In this document: in pieces, positions 42,800 through 58,319 of the stretch
Layout: the number at the start of each line of letters is the position of its first letter
How positions within the stretch are numbered: the stretch's first letter is position 1
Source of the DNA: the human T2T-CHM13v2.0 reference genome, Homo sapiens
Direction: 5' to 3' (one strand)
Assembly: GCF_009914755.1 (NCBI RefSeq)
Contig: NC_060929.1
Length of the DNA: 64,000 nt
Translations under genes and position numbers: made by a program
Notes under the pieces: generated by a model
Told to the model about the DNA's origin: nothing
Seen by the model: the letters and a program-made list of their open reading frames with translations, nothing else
Database searches by the model: none

Positions 42800-43660
42800 T
42801 ACCCACTCCCTAGATTCTACAATTAACATTTTACGATATTTGCTTTATTACATATCTACCTGTCTATCCCTCTGTGCAACCAGCAATCCATATTATTTTT
42901 CTGAACCTGCAGACATCAGTAAACTTTACTCATAAACAATTCAGCATACATAGCATTAACTTAGTTCAATATTTGCTTTTGGGTTTTTTTTAAGTAAAAT
43001 TTGCATGTAATCAAATGCAAATCTTAAGTGTACCATTCGATACATTTTGCCAAATGTATACACCCGTGTAACTAAACCTCCATCTAGATATAGAATATCA
43101 CCCTCACCCCAGAAAGTTCACTTATGCCCCTTCTCAGTCAATTCCCCACCTCTGTTCTAATATTTACCATCAGTTTTACCTGTTCTAGAGCCTCATATGA
43201 ATGAAATCATACAGTATTTATTCTTTTGTGTAAGGATTTTCTCATTCAAGATAAGGCTTTTGTGATTTATCTATGTTGTTTTGAGGATCAGGAGTTAGCT
43301 TCTTTTAATTGTTGAGTATTATTCTATTGTAGAAGTGTACTAATTTCTTTAACCATTTTTCTCTTGACAGACACCTGGGCTGTTTCCACTTTGGGGTTAA
43401 TCTAAATAAAATACCATGAATATTCTTGTAGAACTCTATTTGTGAATATGTTTTTATTTCTCTTGGCCAAATACCTAGAAATGGAATCCAGGTCATAGGA
43501 TGGGTATATGTTTAGCTTTATAAGAAACTTCCAGAACTTTTTTGAAAGGAGTTGTAGACCACTTAATTCCCACGAACAATGTATGAGCATTTCTGTTGCT
43601 CCACATCACCACCAACATTGGGCATTATGAGTCTTTTTTACAGTTAGCCATTCTGGTAAG
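42800..43660 (-). mobile_element. Old L1 3' fragments (L1MC/MB/ME-type)
   Basis: caaatcttaagtgtaccattcgatacattttgccaaatg, ttctgttgctccacatcaccaccaaca. Confidence 0.85.
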
Positions 43661-44848
43661 CCTTTGTCATATTACTTTTTGAACCACAAAATAAGAATAT
43701 TCACAATAGAGAGAGTTTCCATTATCAAGAGGCAACTTAGGCAAAATCTGTATTCATGTCATCCTCCTCCTACAGCAGTTCAGTTTTCCTAAGCTATATG
43801 ATTTAGTCATTAAATCCTGATCTGTAAGGAGTTAGTTGAGAGCAGATTTATAATTTGGTCATTATTTTAAATGTTTTTGGATTCATCTTGAACTCTAAAG
43901 CACTGAAATTTTGTAGAAGTTAATTCTTAGGGTTTTTTCTATCAATACTAAGGCTTTGAAATTAATCAAAATGGTTAAGCTCTTGACTTACACTCAATAG
44001 AAAAAATAAATAATCACAATCTAGTCGCTAACTCATAAAACATATTTGACTGAATTAAATGAATCACCCCCAGGGGTGACTCTCATAGACCTAAACTCTG
44101 ATTAATTAGAGTGAAACGTGTTAGACTAAACATAAGTAACATGTGGTAAAGTTACCTCTAAGTTAAGTTACTTCCAATTCCTGTAGGTATTACACAGGTC
44201 CAATTTCATTTTAATATAAATGTTTCCTAAGGTTTTGTAATTTATCCCTAGGAAGTTTCCAGCTTTTAAATTGCTGTTTTCTTAGCTCTTCTTTCATTCT
44301 CCATGTTTCAGCTCTTACTCATTTGTTATGAAAATAACGCAAATGCTCTTAATGTTTCCCAAAAATGTATTTCAGTTCACTGCTTATAACATCAGACATA
44401 TTATAACTCATTTGACAACTTGCATTTCAATGAACTTTCAGTAATCACTAACAGTAATAAATCTTAAAGCTCTAAAGAGGGAGAAATAAATTGTACAAGG
44501 CCTGAAGTTAATGTAACTTAGTCTAGGCATCATGAAACTCTAACATAAAAGATACCTTAGCTTTTCCACTTTTCTTTAAATAGTTCCTTTCTTTCTCTAT
44601 ATTTCAATTTCCCAAGACATTAAAGGACAATATATGAGTGTATATGTGACTTTGTTAACCAGAAGATTTATGATGCAACCTTAGCATCAATTAATTTTTG
44701 TTAGGCAGATGGGATTTCTGGTGGCACCTATTCAGTTCTTCTTGCAACAAGTTTGAGAATCTCTGTAGGTTACAGAGGCATTTGGGAGATGGCACCCAAA
44801 GCAATGTTTTGAATTAGGCATTTTAATCTGTTTTGACTTGCCTTTTCT

Positions 44849-45283
44849 TTTTTTTTTTTAATTTTATTATTATTATACTTTAAGTTTTAGGGTACATGTG
44901 CATAATGTGCAGGTTTGTTACATATGTATACATGTGCCATGCTGGTGTGCTGCACCCATTAACTCGTCATTTAGCATTAGGTATATCTCCTAATGCTATC
45001 CCTCCCCCCTCCCCCCACCCCACAACAGTCCCCAGAGTGTGATGTTCCCCTTCTTGTGTCCATGTTTTCTCATTGTTCAATTCCCACCTATGAGTGAGAA
45101 CATACGGTGTTTGGTTTTTTGTTCTTGTGATAGTTTACTGAGAATGATGATTTCCAATTTCATCCATGCCCCTACAAAGGACATGAACTCATCATTTTTT
45201 ATGGCTGCATAGTATTCCATGGTGCTTATGAGCCACATTTTCTTAATCCAGTCTATCATTGTTGGACATTTGGGTTGGTTCCA
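44849..45283 (-). mobile_element. L1PA 3' end, 5'-truncated
   Basis: Canonical L1PA 3' UTR antisense; perfect 15-bp TSD tgacttgccttttct (44834-44848, 45284-45298). Confidence 0.97.
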
Positions 45284-45610
45284 TGACTTGCCTTTTCTCA
45301 GAAGCACCTAATACATTGCTTTACCTCTCTTTTTCTAGCTGTAAAATAATAAACTAAATATACTGGTTCTTAAAATATGTTAATATGGTAGTCATTTGTT
45401 TAAATTACATAAAATGTCATCCATATATGAAGTTTGCGTATTTTTGGAGCTAAGCCCCACTAGGCACATATTTTGTACTTCCGAAAATAAGAATGTTCCA
45501 TGGCTTGGATGCTACTGTACTGGCTAATTGTCCCACTCATAAAATGTACAATACATACAACAGATTTTTAAAAGGTTTTAAAGGTTTTAAAAAAAAAAAT
45601 CTGCATATGA

Positions 45611-45710
45611 GTGTTCAGCATCACATACACTAAAATTGAAATGATACAGAAAAGATTAGCATGGCCCCTAAGCAAGGATGACATGCAAATTTGTGAAGCA
45701 TTATATTTAT
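45611..45710 (+). pseudogene. U6 snRNA retropseudogene (5' part of a U6/L1 chimera)
   Basis: cacatacactaaaattgaaatgatacagaaaagattagcatggcccctaagcaaggatgacatgcaaatttgtgaagc matches U6; the ACAGAGA box is mutated. Confidence 0.95.
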
Positions 45711-45711
45711 A

Positions 45712-45993
45712 TTGTTCAAAGTTACAGTTAGATAGAAGGAGTAAGTTCTGGTGTTCTATTGCACAGTAAGTAGCATGACTATAGTTAACCATAATGTATT
45801 TTATATTTCAAAATAGCTAGAACAGAGTATTCTGAATGTTCTCACCACAAATAAATGATAAATATTTGAGGTAATAGATCTGTCAACTACTCTGATTTAA
45901 TCATTATACAATATATACATGTATCAAAACATCACACTATATACCATAATATGTACAATTATTATGTGTCCATTAAAAATAAAATAAAATTTT
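45712..45993 (+). mobile_element. L1MA-type 3' end fused to the U6 copy
   Basis: ttagatagaaggagtaagttctggtgttctattgcacag...atgtacaattattatgtgtccattaaaaataaaataaaa. Confidence 0.9.
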
Positions 45994-46311
45994 AAAAAAT
46001 ATCTGCCTATGAGCCACCAGGGCCAATGTTGTATGTAGGTGAAAATAGGCAGCTGATGTTGGGATGATGAACCAGCATAGAAAAGACCTGTCTGCCTTAA
46101 AATATTTTCCCTTTACCCTCCTTTTAGATTAAGACATTATCTTCAGATTTTGCTCTGAAAATAAATGTATTAGTAGATAATATACAAGGATCAATTTTTA
46201 TTACATGAACCATTAATGCCCATTATCTGTTCAGAATCTAGCAGGTCCATGAGGGAATAGGACACAGTCAGAGACTGTGAAAGCTGAAGACGAGATGAAA
46301 TAATCAGAGGG

Positions 46312-46380
46312 GTGTGTATGTGTGTGTGTGTGTCTGGGTGTATGTGTCTGGGTGTGTGTATGTCTGGGTATGTCTGAGTG
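46312..46380. repeat. Degenerate (TG)n / gtctgggt compound microsatellite
   Basis: gtgtgtatgtgtgtgtgtgtgtctgggtgtatgtgtctgggtgtgtgtatgtctgggt. Confidence 0.85.
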
Positions 46381-47771
46381 GGGTGGGATGGGAGAAACGG
46401 AGGACAGCTTGAGAGTGGAAGGCATCTATGGGAGGATGCTCTGAAAAAAACCCCGATATTTTCCCCAGAGATACTTTTGCTTCCTATGTTGGCCTAAGGT
46501 GGCACCCACGAGACACAAATGAGAAAATAACACCTTTCAATTTTCAGATAGAGCCAAATTTTGTGTGCAGGCTCTTTTGAGGTACTTTATTCTGTCTGAC
46601 ACAGTTAAGAACATGTGCAGGCATCACTGATGCTGAGGCTAAGAATTTTGCATTTTCTTGTGTTATATAAGCCATATGGTTAGATCAACTCTTGCTCATC
46701 GACTAAATAAGTATTGAAAATGAAAAGTAATTATCATTGTAATGTGCTGTGTACACACAAATTCTCTTTAGTGTGATTCCAGAACTTGAAGCCATTATTT
46801 TTATCTAATAATTACCTCCTGATATATTGCCACTGACCCACATTACAAAGAAACCAAATCCAAATGCTATATTTAAAAATCAGATTTCATTGCATTTTAA
46901 ATTAATAGCGATGGAAGTAAAGTTAACTCATTAAGACATTTGATAGAGTTCACTTTTAGGCTTTCTTTTATTTCTAATCTATCTCTAAACTTTATCCCTT
47001 TTATTTGATTTGTTTTATTCAACACATGCTATTTTAGTTGCATATAAAATAAAGTATTATTTTATCAACTAGTTTTTTTCCCCTTAATCAAAAACAAAAG
47101 TGATTGCTCCATGTTTTATCATTTATATATGTTTTATCATATTTAATAGAGAAATACACAGGACTTTAGAATAAATTTTAGAGCATAAGTTCAGTGTTTA
47201 TTTAGCTTTAGATTGTTAAGTATAATTATTAGAATTTTATTACTTTTTTCCATGAAATTTTAATTTTTTCATTAAAAACATTTGGTCTTTCATAAATTAG
47301 CCACAGCAAACAATAAAGGAAGAACCTTTAGACTGAGACAAAAAACCTTGATAAAAATAATTTGTAAATTGCTCTCTAATCACATTATACTAGGGCCCTA
47401 ATATTAAAGAGCTGTCTTACAACTGGTAATTGAATTGCTCTTGTCAGTTTCTCTAAAAACAAGGGTTTTTAATCTCTTCTTGCAGGCTAGGAGATTCTTA
47501 TGGTTTTTGGAAATTTGTTCCAACAGCTCAATTGAAGATGTCTGATATTTTCAATTATGTAAAGCATTTATGATTTTAAGCTCCCGGCAGAACTCTGCTG
47601 CTGAAGGGGAAAAAAATTAAGAACTGTTAGTCAGAAAGAGACTTACATAAGAACTGTCACATTGGTCATTGGTTTGAAAGCAGGAAGTCCTATATTTTAG
47701 GATCAAGGCTTTAAGGAATCTTTATTGAGCATTTTTCCCTCTCGGAGCTGAGACAAATGGCTGATGAGTGA

Positions 47772-47957
<186 letters not shown>

Positions 47958-49197
47958 TAATATTGCCGGAAACACTGAGGAATGTTGAACAAAAGCTAAT
48001 CTTTGGCAAAGTGTCCGTATATACCATATCATATGCCTATCTATATGCAATTACGATGAATTTAAATGTTCAGGAAATGCTTGCTATATAAATGAATAAG
48101 AAGTCTATATCAGTACTATTAAGTGTGTACTAACACTGATTGTTTTGAACAGAAATTAGGGCAGCAACAGTTCTCAAATTTATTATTTTAGCTGTTGTGA
48201 ATATGACTTTTGTTAGATTCAGCATAAACAGCAAGGTATGTAGTGATTTCACTAGGGGAGTAAATGCTATCCAAGAGTGCTATTTTCCTAAATGAATTAA
48301 GTTGCAAGAAACAAATTACATAGTGTCCCAAAGATTTAAAAATAGAGGGAACTCCATAAATAACAGGGAGGTTAGTAATAGATAACCTCATTCTCTGGCT
48401 TAAACCATAAAGGAAATAAATTGGCTCAAAGGATTGTACCCTCCAGAGGTTAGTCATGGCTTCAGCATGATTTCATTAGACTTCCAGCTCCCATTCTGAA
48501 TGATGCTCTGCCTTCTGGGTGTTGGCTTTACCCTCGAGCTGGCTTCCCTCACATTAGCAAACTGCAGCAGTTGCAGTGAACACATCTGCACACCACACTG
48601 TCCTCTAAGAGAGAGAACTTCTCCCAGCTACGGAGAAAAAGTTGTGAACTTCATTCTGTTTGGACCAGGTTTATGCCTAAACCAATCACTGTAGATAGCG
48701 GGGAGGAATTCCATTGACTGGTTAAGGGCAATCAAGGCCCATTCCTGGAGCTAGAGGGTGGAGTCAGCCCCACCCAACCAGTGGATATTCTGTGGTGGGA
48801 GAGTGTGGAATGGGAAGGATGTCACAGAGGAAGCCAAAAGTATCCATCACCAGAAGACTCAACCTGTATTTTCTTCATTAATTCATTGAACAATAATTTA
48901 TTGGGAACTTCTAGAATACAGTGTTTTTGTGCTTGAGCTCAGAAGAATGGTAGAGCATAGGCTGTGCATAGAAGGTAATCCTTGCCTATGATTTAAATTC
49001 AGAGATAGAAAAGGCCAGAGAACTTAGAAATACTCAGGGAAAAGTTTAGGGTTCTGAAGGTAGGGTTCAGTTACGGAAGGAAAAAGAAAGATATTTCATA
49101 TGAGGAAGCAATTAAAGGAAAGATTTAAAATCAAATAAGCATTGCAATTTGGAGGAAACTAAAGGACATGATGAAGTACTTGTAAAAACCAAATCTT

Positions 49198-49497
49198 GGC
49201 CAGGCGCGGTGGCTCACGCCTGTAATCCCAGCGCTTTGGGAGGCTGAGGCGGGCAGATCACGAGGTCAGGAGATTGAGACCATCCTGGCTAACACGGTGA
49301 AACCCAGTCTCTACTAAAAATACAAAAACAAAATTAGCCAGGCTTGGTGGGGGGCGCCTGTAATCCCAGCTATTCAGGAGGCTGAGGCAGGAGAATGGCA
49401 TGAACCTGGGAGGCGGAGCTTGCAGTGAGCCAAGATCCGGCCACTGCATTCCAGCCTGGGTGACAGTGAGACTCCATCTCGAAAAAAAAATAAAAAA
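49198..49497 (+). mobile_element. Alu (AluY-like)
   Basis: accatcctggctaacacggtgaaac, gagaatggcatgaacc, ggagcttgcagtgagc are Y-type diagnostics. Confidence 0.96.
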
Positions 49498-50853
49498 TCT
49501 TGTGTACACATATACATATGCACACAGGTGAACTAAAAACAAGATCCTACTACATTGCTCCAGAGACAGGAGAACATTTTTCCCAGTATGTGAATATTAT
49601 ATCTTTCTCCTTTTGCCTTCTGAAGGCTGATTTTGCAAGGGTTTCCATCTTTACTTCTGTTATTAATATAAGAGAGATTAGCTCCTTGATACTCCTAATG
49701 CCTGATCAGGAAATTGAATACTTATGACATCCAAACTGATGTCATTGGCCTGATGTCTTTCTCTCTCTGTCTCTCTCTGACACATACACACACACAAACA
49801 TGTACATGCATTCACACATAAACACGCATACAGAGTAGTATTTTCATTCTTTTTAGTGACCGAGTAGACAAGGGATAGGTAGTTTTATTCCCAGGTCTGC
49901 ATTGGCTGCACCTGCAGGATTTCATGCCTTGTTGCCACTGGAATGTTCCTTGCTGATGGCATGTCCTTAACACCTGGTGATCTCTACTCCCAGTCCTGCT
50001 GTAGCTCCTCGATTTGCCACCTGGTCTCCTTCTGCCATCCACTCTTACTTTTTGTCTTTTCAGAACTGATTTTTGAAAAGGCAACAACAACTCTTCTCTG
50101 CTAGCTATCTGTTTATAAATAAAGGGGATTTCCCCATCCAGACTGCTTTCTTGTTGCATTTGGTCATTTCACGCAAATGAAATGCAGTCACCTCTTAACT
50201 GAGCAGCTCATTTGGTCTTCACTGCCTCCTGTCTTCACTGTCAGTTTCTGCTCTGCTTCCTTCTCTGCCTATTTTTAAAAAATAATCAGAAAAACTGCTG
50301 CCCCCTGCTCTAGTGCCTAAACTTCTGTGTACAACTCGTAAAAAGAAAATACCTGATAGTACCTTTGATTTCTCCCCTATGTAGGATTAAGTGTCCACTT
50401 GGATTTCTATCTTCTAAAATCATTATTAGTTAAAGTGTAATCCTTAGAAAACCTGCTTCACAATTATCCAGGATGCTGGATAAACATGCAGATGCCTGGA
50501 TCCTATCCAAGGACCTACTGAATTCAAATCTCTGAGGGCACTCCAGGTGATTCTGAAACACATTGAGGATTAAGAACTGCTCCTCTACCCTTTGAGACCA
50601 AAAAAATGTAAATCACACCCCACCCTCCGTATAAATAAAAGGAAAAACTTCCAAGCCCTTACCATGCCATTCTGCTTTGCTACTGTCTACTCCCCTAAGT
50701 GTACACTTTCAATGTGGCTTTATGCGTTCTTTCTCCCCCATGCTGATGAAAAGCAAATACAAAAGGAGTAGGTGCCTGTGATGAATGTGATCTGTGTGAT
50801 GGCTCATACAGTGCATTGTCTCCATGAACTGAGGATGTGACCACTGAAATAGG

Positions 50854-50960
50854 CAGTGGTTCTCAAAGTGCAGTCCCTGAACTAACAGCATTGATGTCCA
50901 AATCATTTGTTAGAATTGCAAATTCTTAGTCCTCACCCTAGACATACCAAATCAGAAATG
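50854..50960. mobile_element. MER5A fragment
   Basis: cagtggttctcaaagtgcagtccctg...tgttagaattgcaaattcttag. Confidence 0.75.
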
Positions 50961-51304
50961 CCTCTAAAGTTACTTTTTTTACTGCTGGAAAAAAATAAAA
51001 CAACAAGTCATTGAGATATTTCTTCAACTGAATATATGTATAACCCCTGATCACCATCTGTAGCCAGCAAACCATAATTCTTTACTCTTTTTGGAAGTAT
51101 GCATGTACCCTACACTCCTGGCAAGTCTCTTGTGTTTCCAGAATGCAAGTCCAAGAACTAGCTGTCCTATAGACTGTTACTTTTCTCTTGGTACCAGTAG
51201 AGTTAAGGCAATGAGGAGGAGGAGACTGCTTTATTGGTGAGAAATTCTCAATTAATTTAGGAGTAAAGAAAATAGTAACATGTAGGCTTGAGAAATATAT
51301 TGAA

Positions 51305-51621
51305 GGCTGGGCACGGTGGCTCATGTATGTAATCCCAGCACTATGGGAGGCTGAGGTGGGCGGATCACGAGGTCAGGAGTTCAAGACCAGCCTGACCAAC
51401 ATGGTGAAACCCCATCTCTACTAAAAATACAAAAATTAGCTGGGTGTGGTGGCATGTGCCTGTAATCCCAGCTACTCAGGAGACTGAAGCAGTAGCATCA
51501 CTTGAACCCAGGAGGCAGAGGTTGCAGTGAGCCGAGATCATACCACTGCACTCCAGCCTGGGCAACAGAGCAAGACTCCATCTCAAAAAAAAAAAAAAAA
51601 AAAAAAAGGAAAGAAAAGAAA
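51305..51621 (+). mobile_element. Alu (AluSg-like)
   Basis: ggatcacgaggtcaggagttcaagaccagcctgacc; TSD agaaatatattgaa at 51291-51304 and 51622-51635. Confidence 0.96.
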
Positions 51622-52970
51622 AGAAATATATTGAAGGTGGAGATAAGCCACTAGCAGTAAGCATGAAAGAAAATATCATTAAACCAGAGAAAATAAAGCA
51701 CTAGCAAACATATGCATGAAAATATATACTAGACAAATTTCCTGAAAATTTGTGGAATGACAAATAAAATATTAGCTTTTGGGGAGGGGTGATTACATTA
51801 AAGAAATCATTTTTTAATTTTTTAGTTACACATTTGTATGATACATCCTTTCTATTTCTTTATTCTCACCATTAATTTCTTTATTACACCTAAGGGATTA
51901 ACACTATATTAATACTTTGGACTCCTGGCTTGTTTGTATTGTGTGCTAATTCATATTCCCACCATCAAGACAGCATAGAAAATGTCAGCTGGTGCCACTA
52001 GGTTTTGTTCTTTCTTTGATAACATTGGAAACTGTAGAGCAACCTGTCTGCCCAGGAACCTCTAGTTAATACACAAGTATATGACTCTTTGGGAGGCTGT
52101 GGTTAAAAGAATAAGAATACTTGGTTCCAGTGACCATGAATAGCCAGAAATGAGTTGAGGAAGAGATAGGTCCATAGACCACAACCCAAGAGTATTAAAC
52201 TATAACAGAAGAGTTAGACAAATTAAGAGACATAACATGTGTCTTAGAACCCTTGAAGCTTGGAGCACCTACTCATAAAAGTAGACAGAGAGGAGTCAGG
52301 AAGCCTTACTGCCTATAAGAAGTGAGAAACCTTACTACTTACTACCATCGGAGAGAAAGGCAGACAAATGTTTCATCTTCATAAAAATAAGAAATGGGGA
52401 AGGAATGGGGAGCAAGGCTATGCTAATATGACTTAAGGCCCTGAGTCAAGATGCATGATTAAGGAAAAGTATGTATAGGCTCAAAATGAGCAGTGGATTA
52501 AGAATTGAAATGTAGGTAATTCCAAATTTCAGGCAAGGTGGTGGAGGTAGCAGGAGAAAGCATGGATCAAGAAATTAGTCTCCTTCCCCCCAGAACTGAT
52601 ATAAATCCATATAAATATATAGGTATATAAAATATAAATATAAATATATTTATTTAATTTTATATGTCATATCTTAGCAAAAATGACCATTTACCCAATG
52701 GAAAGAAGTCTGTTTACTGAGATTTAAGATGCCAGACTAGTTTTTACAAGATAATGTACTCGTAACCAAACAGTGGTACCACTGGTGTGGCCTCAGGTTA
52801 AGTATTGAGCCTGTCTGGATGAACTCACTAAATGCCTTCCTTTGAGAAATAAAATAGTCCCCAGAGTTTTAGGGGAATTTTGGCTCACATTCTAATCTAA
52901 CACTTGAAATCTCTTTCTGCATAGAATCTCTATCTGGTTTGTTTCTTTTAATGCTATAATAAAAACTGGA

Positions 52971-53270
52971 GGCCAGGTGTGGTGGATCATACCTGCAATC
53001 CTAGCACTTTGAGAGGCTGAGGCAGGAGGATCACTTGAGCCCAGGAATTTGAGACCAGCCTGGGCAACATGGTGAGACCCTGTCTCTACAAAAAATACAA
53101 AAATTAGCCAGGTGTGGTGGTGCATACCTGTAGTCCCAGCTACTTGGGAGGCTGAGGTGGGAGGATTGCTTGAGGTGGGATGCAGAGACTGTAGCGAGCC
53201 AAGATCACACCACTGCACACCAGCCTGGGTGGCACAGCAAGACCCCATCTCAAAATATACATAAAATAAA
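52971..53270 (+). mobile_element. Alu (AluJ-like)
   Basis: ggaggatcacttgagcccaggaatttgagaccagcctgggcaacatgg. Confidence 0.95.
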
Positions 53271-55049
53271 AACTGCTATTTTAATCCATTATGCAAGCCA
53301 AACTCTTTTCCCTCTGTGTGAGTGCTAAAAGTTTGCCATTCCCCTCTTCTTCAGCTTTGCTTTTCCATCAAGGAAAAATAAAAGGGATTGCAACTGAGTC
53401 ACTAAATGTGAGAGTCTCTAGTCAATTTTTCATTAGGATGAGATACTGAAGCCAAACTGTTTCATTTATCTATACATTTAATTTGTTTTTATGTCTATCT
53501 ACCTCCCTGGCTGCCACCAGAAGTTCAGATAGAATTGTGTACCTCACTTAGTTGTACTCTTGTATTGAGTAGTCAGGACATGAGTTTACTCTTTGGAGAG
53601 AAGGGGCACACAAGGCCACTGCAGGGGTTAAGAATATAGTTTCTTTCTGGGAAAAACAAGCTACAAATAACTTTAAATCTCCTGCAGTGAACTTGAATTT
53701 AGTAATGAAGATTTTCCTTCTCTCCCAATTAAGCAACTTCTAACTGTCTTTCTAGTCCTTAACAATATCTTCAATGGATTTTCATGTTTATTTCATGCAC
53801 CATGCTTCTGAATTTTTGCTGTCTCATAAGTCTGATTGGTACAATCTACTTGGAAATCTTTTTTACTTTGCAAGATGATCCTATTGCCAAAGAAATGAAG
53901 AAAAACATTACTAAAGTGTTTTTCTTTTTTTATGGCCAACAAAATGAAAGTAAAGTACAGTAACGTGAGGTAAAATCTACATATAATAAGGGCTACTGAG
54001 TTATATCAGATAGAGAGTGGCTCTGAAAAACTTTGTTTGTTTTAAGAAGGTGACAGATGGGAATAATTTTAGTCATCTTGTAGTTTCATATTCTAACACT
54101 TTAAGTTATAGATTGAAGCATTACTTGACAAAGTCTAATTTCTATGTTTATGGTGAAAAATAGTTGTTCTCACTTCTTCACAGTTAGTTAGGTAGGAAAT
54201 CTTTTCCCATTACTGAGTCCATGTATCACATTGACCCTTAATGCCTGTTTTCTGCCACCAGATGAAAAGAGATTGCAGGTTTCACTCACTTCGTTGGCAG
54301 AAAGTGGAGCCAGGTTTCCAAGGGAATTGAATGATCCTGCCATTTTGACCATGGCTTTCCTCTCTCTTGCTTTCTTTTCCCAATTCAATCAGTTGTGGCA
54401 ACAGCCCCATTCTGAAAAGAGCAGAGATGACAGAACACTCCAGTCCAGCTCCCCTTCACATGTGAACCTGCCCTTTCTATTTTTGTTCTCATTTTACCTT
54501 GCTCTGTCAGTGGTCCCCTCTGACTCTGCTTGTCCTCTCTGCCATAGCTTACAGCAAAATTGTCCCCAGGTCCTTTGAAGGTATACCATCCTCCCTTCCT
54601 CTCCCAAAGATAAGATGGGTTCTTTCCCCTAAAATGTGCTACCATGGTAAATACAGAGATAAAATATGCAGAGGAGATGTAATCACAAAAGGGAAAGAAT
54701 AGAGAAATGTTAAAAGTTGAAAAATCTTAATTCAGAATCTGCTGGGAGCTAAGAGCTCAAGATGCACTAATGAGAAATTAATGAACCATCTTCCAGCAAA
54801 ATACAGGATGAACTCAAGACAAAGAATAAAATATGAGCAGTAAAAACTCCAGTGTATTCAGCATCATATTAAGAAATATAAAGGAGGTGATCCACATCAA
54901 TAAAAGAAGCCAGCAAAATAAAGACAGAAATAGAATATAGCTGCCTTATTTCCTAATGGAATGAGGCAATTGATACTAAAATAGAACAATGGATTAGAAG
55001 AAATAAAGCAGAATAAATCTTAGACATGATTCAAATCCTAAGTGGAAAC

Positions 55050-55745
<696 letters not shown>

Positions 55746-58319
55746 TCATGAACATTCGTATTACCAATGACCAGAATAAGCATGTAGTGTTTGAAGAATA
55801 TAAACATAACTAACTTCTGAAATCCAAGGATAATCTAAAGCCTTCTTCTACTCTATCTCCATGTCTTCATATACCAGTGAGTAGGACACTATTTGTCACC
55901 TTTAGTCAATGTAGATGTTGGCTGAAGAATAGGATAATAGCAATGACAATAGCTTCCACTTACTGTGTACCTTCTACTTGCCAGGTGCATTATACACATT
56001 ATCTTATTTTATCCTCAAGTATATTTTCCCCATTTTACACATGAGGAACTCAAAGCTCAATGAGGTAAGTTGCCCAAGGTCACATAGCACATTTATCTCA
56101 CTACAAAGTTTGTGGTTGTTCCACTGCACTAGACCATTCTTACTAAGCTACATTGGAGAAGGGCAGGAGGGCATATCAAATGGAGAAATAAAGGATAGTA
56201 GCACAGTTAGCTGAATTCTATCTTATTTAATGATTAGTGAGCATATTTCAAAACCATGCTTAATAGCTAAAATCCATTGTATATTTAGTTTCTTACCAAA
56301 ATAACACTAAGTTGGGAGAGGTATTTTCAAGGGTGGAGAGAATTTTAACTCCATATATCATCTTATTTACAAAATATGTAAAATGGGTGAAAAAGTTTAA
56401 TTCTAAGAAACTATTACATATAGTAAAAGTAAATAAATAAAATGAAACATTCACGTGATCCAAAAGGCATAGGAGTTAGCCCTGACACCCAGTATGGAAA
56501 AGTCTGAATTAATTAACTGTAGAGTGAATACAACTTAGACACTGTGCTGCTCTATGTTAGGGGCTGGAAAGGGAGCACTCAGAGCCCCATAAGGATATCC
56601 TTTGAATGTATCTTCTATTGTTTGCTCTTCTCCTGTGTTCCAAGGGGGCTCTGTGCTTCTTACACAGCTACTTGGCACTACCATGAAGGCTGCTACTCTG
56701 GGGGCTGTGGCAGTGCCACAAGGAGCACAGAAGAGGCCAAAGGGCAGTAGGAGAAGGGGATGGTTTTGTATCTCTTCTGAACTGGAAAATGTTTATCTCC
56801 CAGTACATGGGAAGAATGGAGCTCCGGGTATGGCATAATTATTATTTTTTGCCATGTGTTTTATGGCCCTAAGAATATCTTCTTACCACAGTGTGGAAAA
56901 ACCTTTGAAACTGCTTTTTAATATGGGTAAATGACTAACTGAATTAATATAATTTATTTCTATTTAAGTTACATGCTTTTTAGAAACACAAGAGAGTAAA
57001 AGTGGATTACTTTAAAAAACAGCCTATACTTCCCCAGTCCTTTTCACAGTGCACGGAGTTAAAAAGCACCTAGCAGTTATGAAAATGCATGAGAATTAGT
57101 ATAACTGTTTGGATTCATAAGCATCCGTGAATCTAATGTAAGCCATGTTCATTTTGTTGTTCGCATTCAGTCAGTATGAAAACTGCCCTGCAAGCCTGTT
57201 CAGTGCATAGTGTCATAGCAGGCAATGTGTCAGGAGCACAAAGGATGTAGGAAATTTACTCCTGCCACCAAGGAAGTGATAGGGCACTGATACAGTATTA
57301 TCCCAGAGAAGATTGGTTTATTCTGTTTTGATTCCTGGAGAAATTTACTCAAATGGATAAATTCACTTTACTGGACAACAGAGACCAAACTAAGGACATC
57401 CAAAAAGATATTATCTATGGCAGTGCCTTCCATTGTCACTGGCAAGCTGAAGACAGGCAGGAAAGCAAGAAGGAATGGAAGGGGCAAAGAAAAGAGGAGT
57501 GGGGAAAACACGAGTGGAGGAGAAAGGATGGGAGAAATAAGAGATGAGAAGGAAAGGGGTCTCTAGAGTGGGTGTGATAAAGGACTCCCAGCCCACTCCT
57601 CTGGTGCCTGTGCCAAGGACTCCTAAAGCTGCGAGTGCTCTATTGCACCCCTGAGACTGCCCCACAATCAGATGTGTTTTTGTTTCTCGTGAATGACCGG
57701 CAATTTCTCACGAATATAAGAATAACCAACCTTTCAATTTGTTATGTGCTTCATGGGTGGCTTCCCTTAAATTTTCCTCAAACATGCCTATTACATTATC
57801 CATAAACAAGCTAAAAATACATAGAAATCCCCAAGGAGCTGAAGGCTAAAAGCTTTGCAAGACTTTAAGGAAAGTGGCCAAGTTTTTGATGTCCTAGTTC
57901 TAAACAGTGATGCAACCAGCATGGTATGATTTTAAGGTGCTCTAAGGGTTCTCTTCCTCCCCTACCCCATCCCCTCCTGAGCAAATATTTGTTCACCGAG
58001 GCCTGAAATGGATTTTTCAGGGGACAGAGTTTTTCATTTCATAATAAGAAATGATTTTAAATGTACAACAACTCCCTTGGGCAAAGCAAAACATTGACAT
58101 GAAGTCACCATTTGGAAGCACATGTTGGCCTCTTTTCCAAGAAGAAGGCAAGGAGCCCACCTGATATGTGAAAACAAGTACTGAATTCTGAGGATAACCT
58201 GCCAAAGGGGGTGATGCTGGGGATGAAGAACTCAAATTGGCCACTTTCCAGGTTTGGATGGCTCTGCTGACTCCTTAACGTGGCTCAGAAGAATATCTAT
58301 GAACTGACCCTGAAAACCT

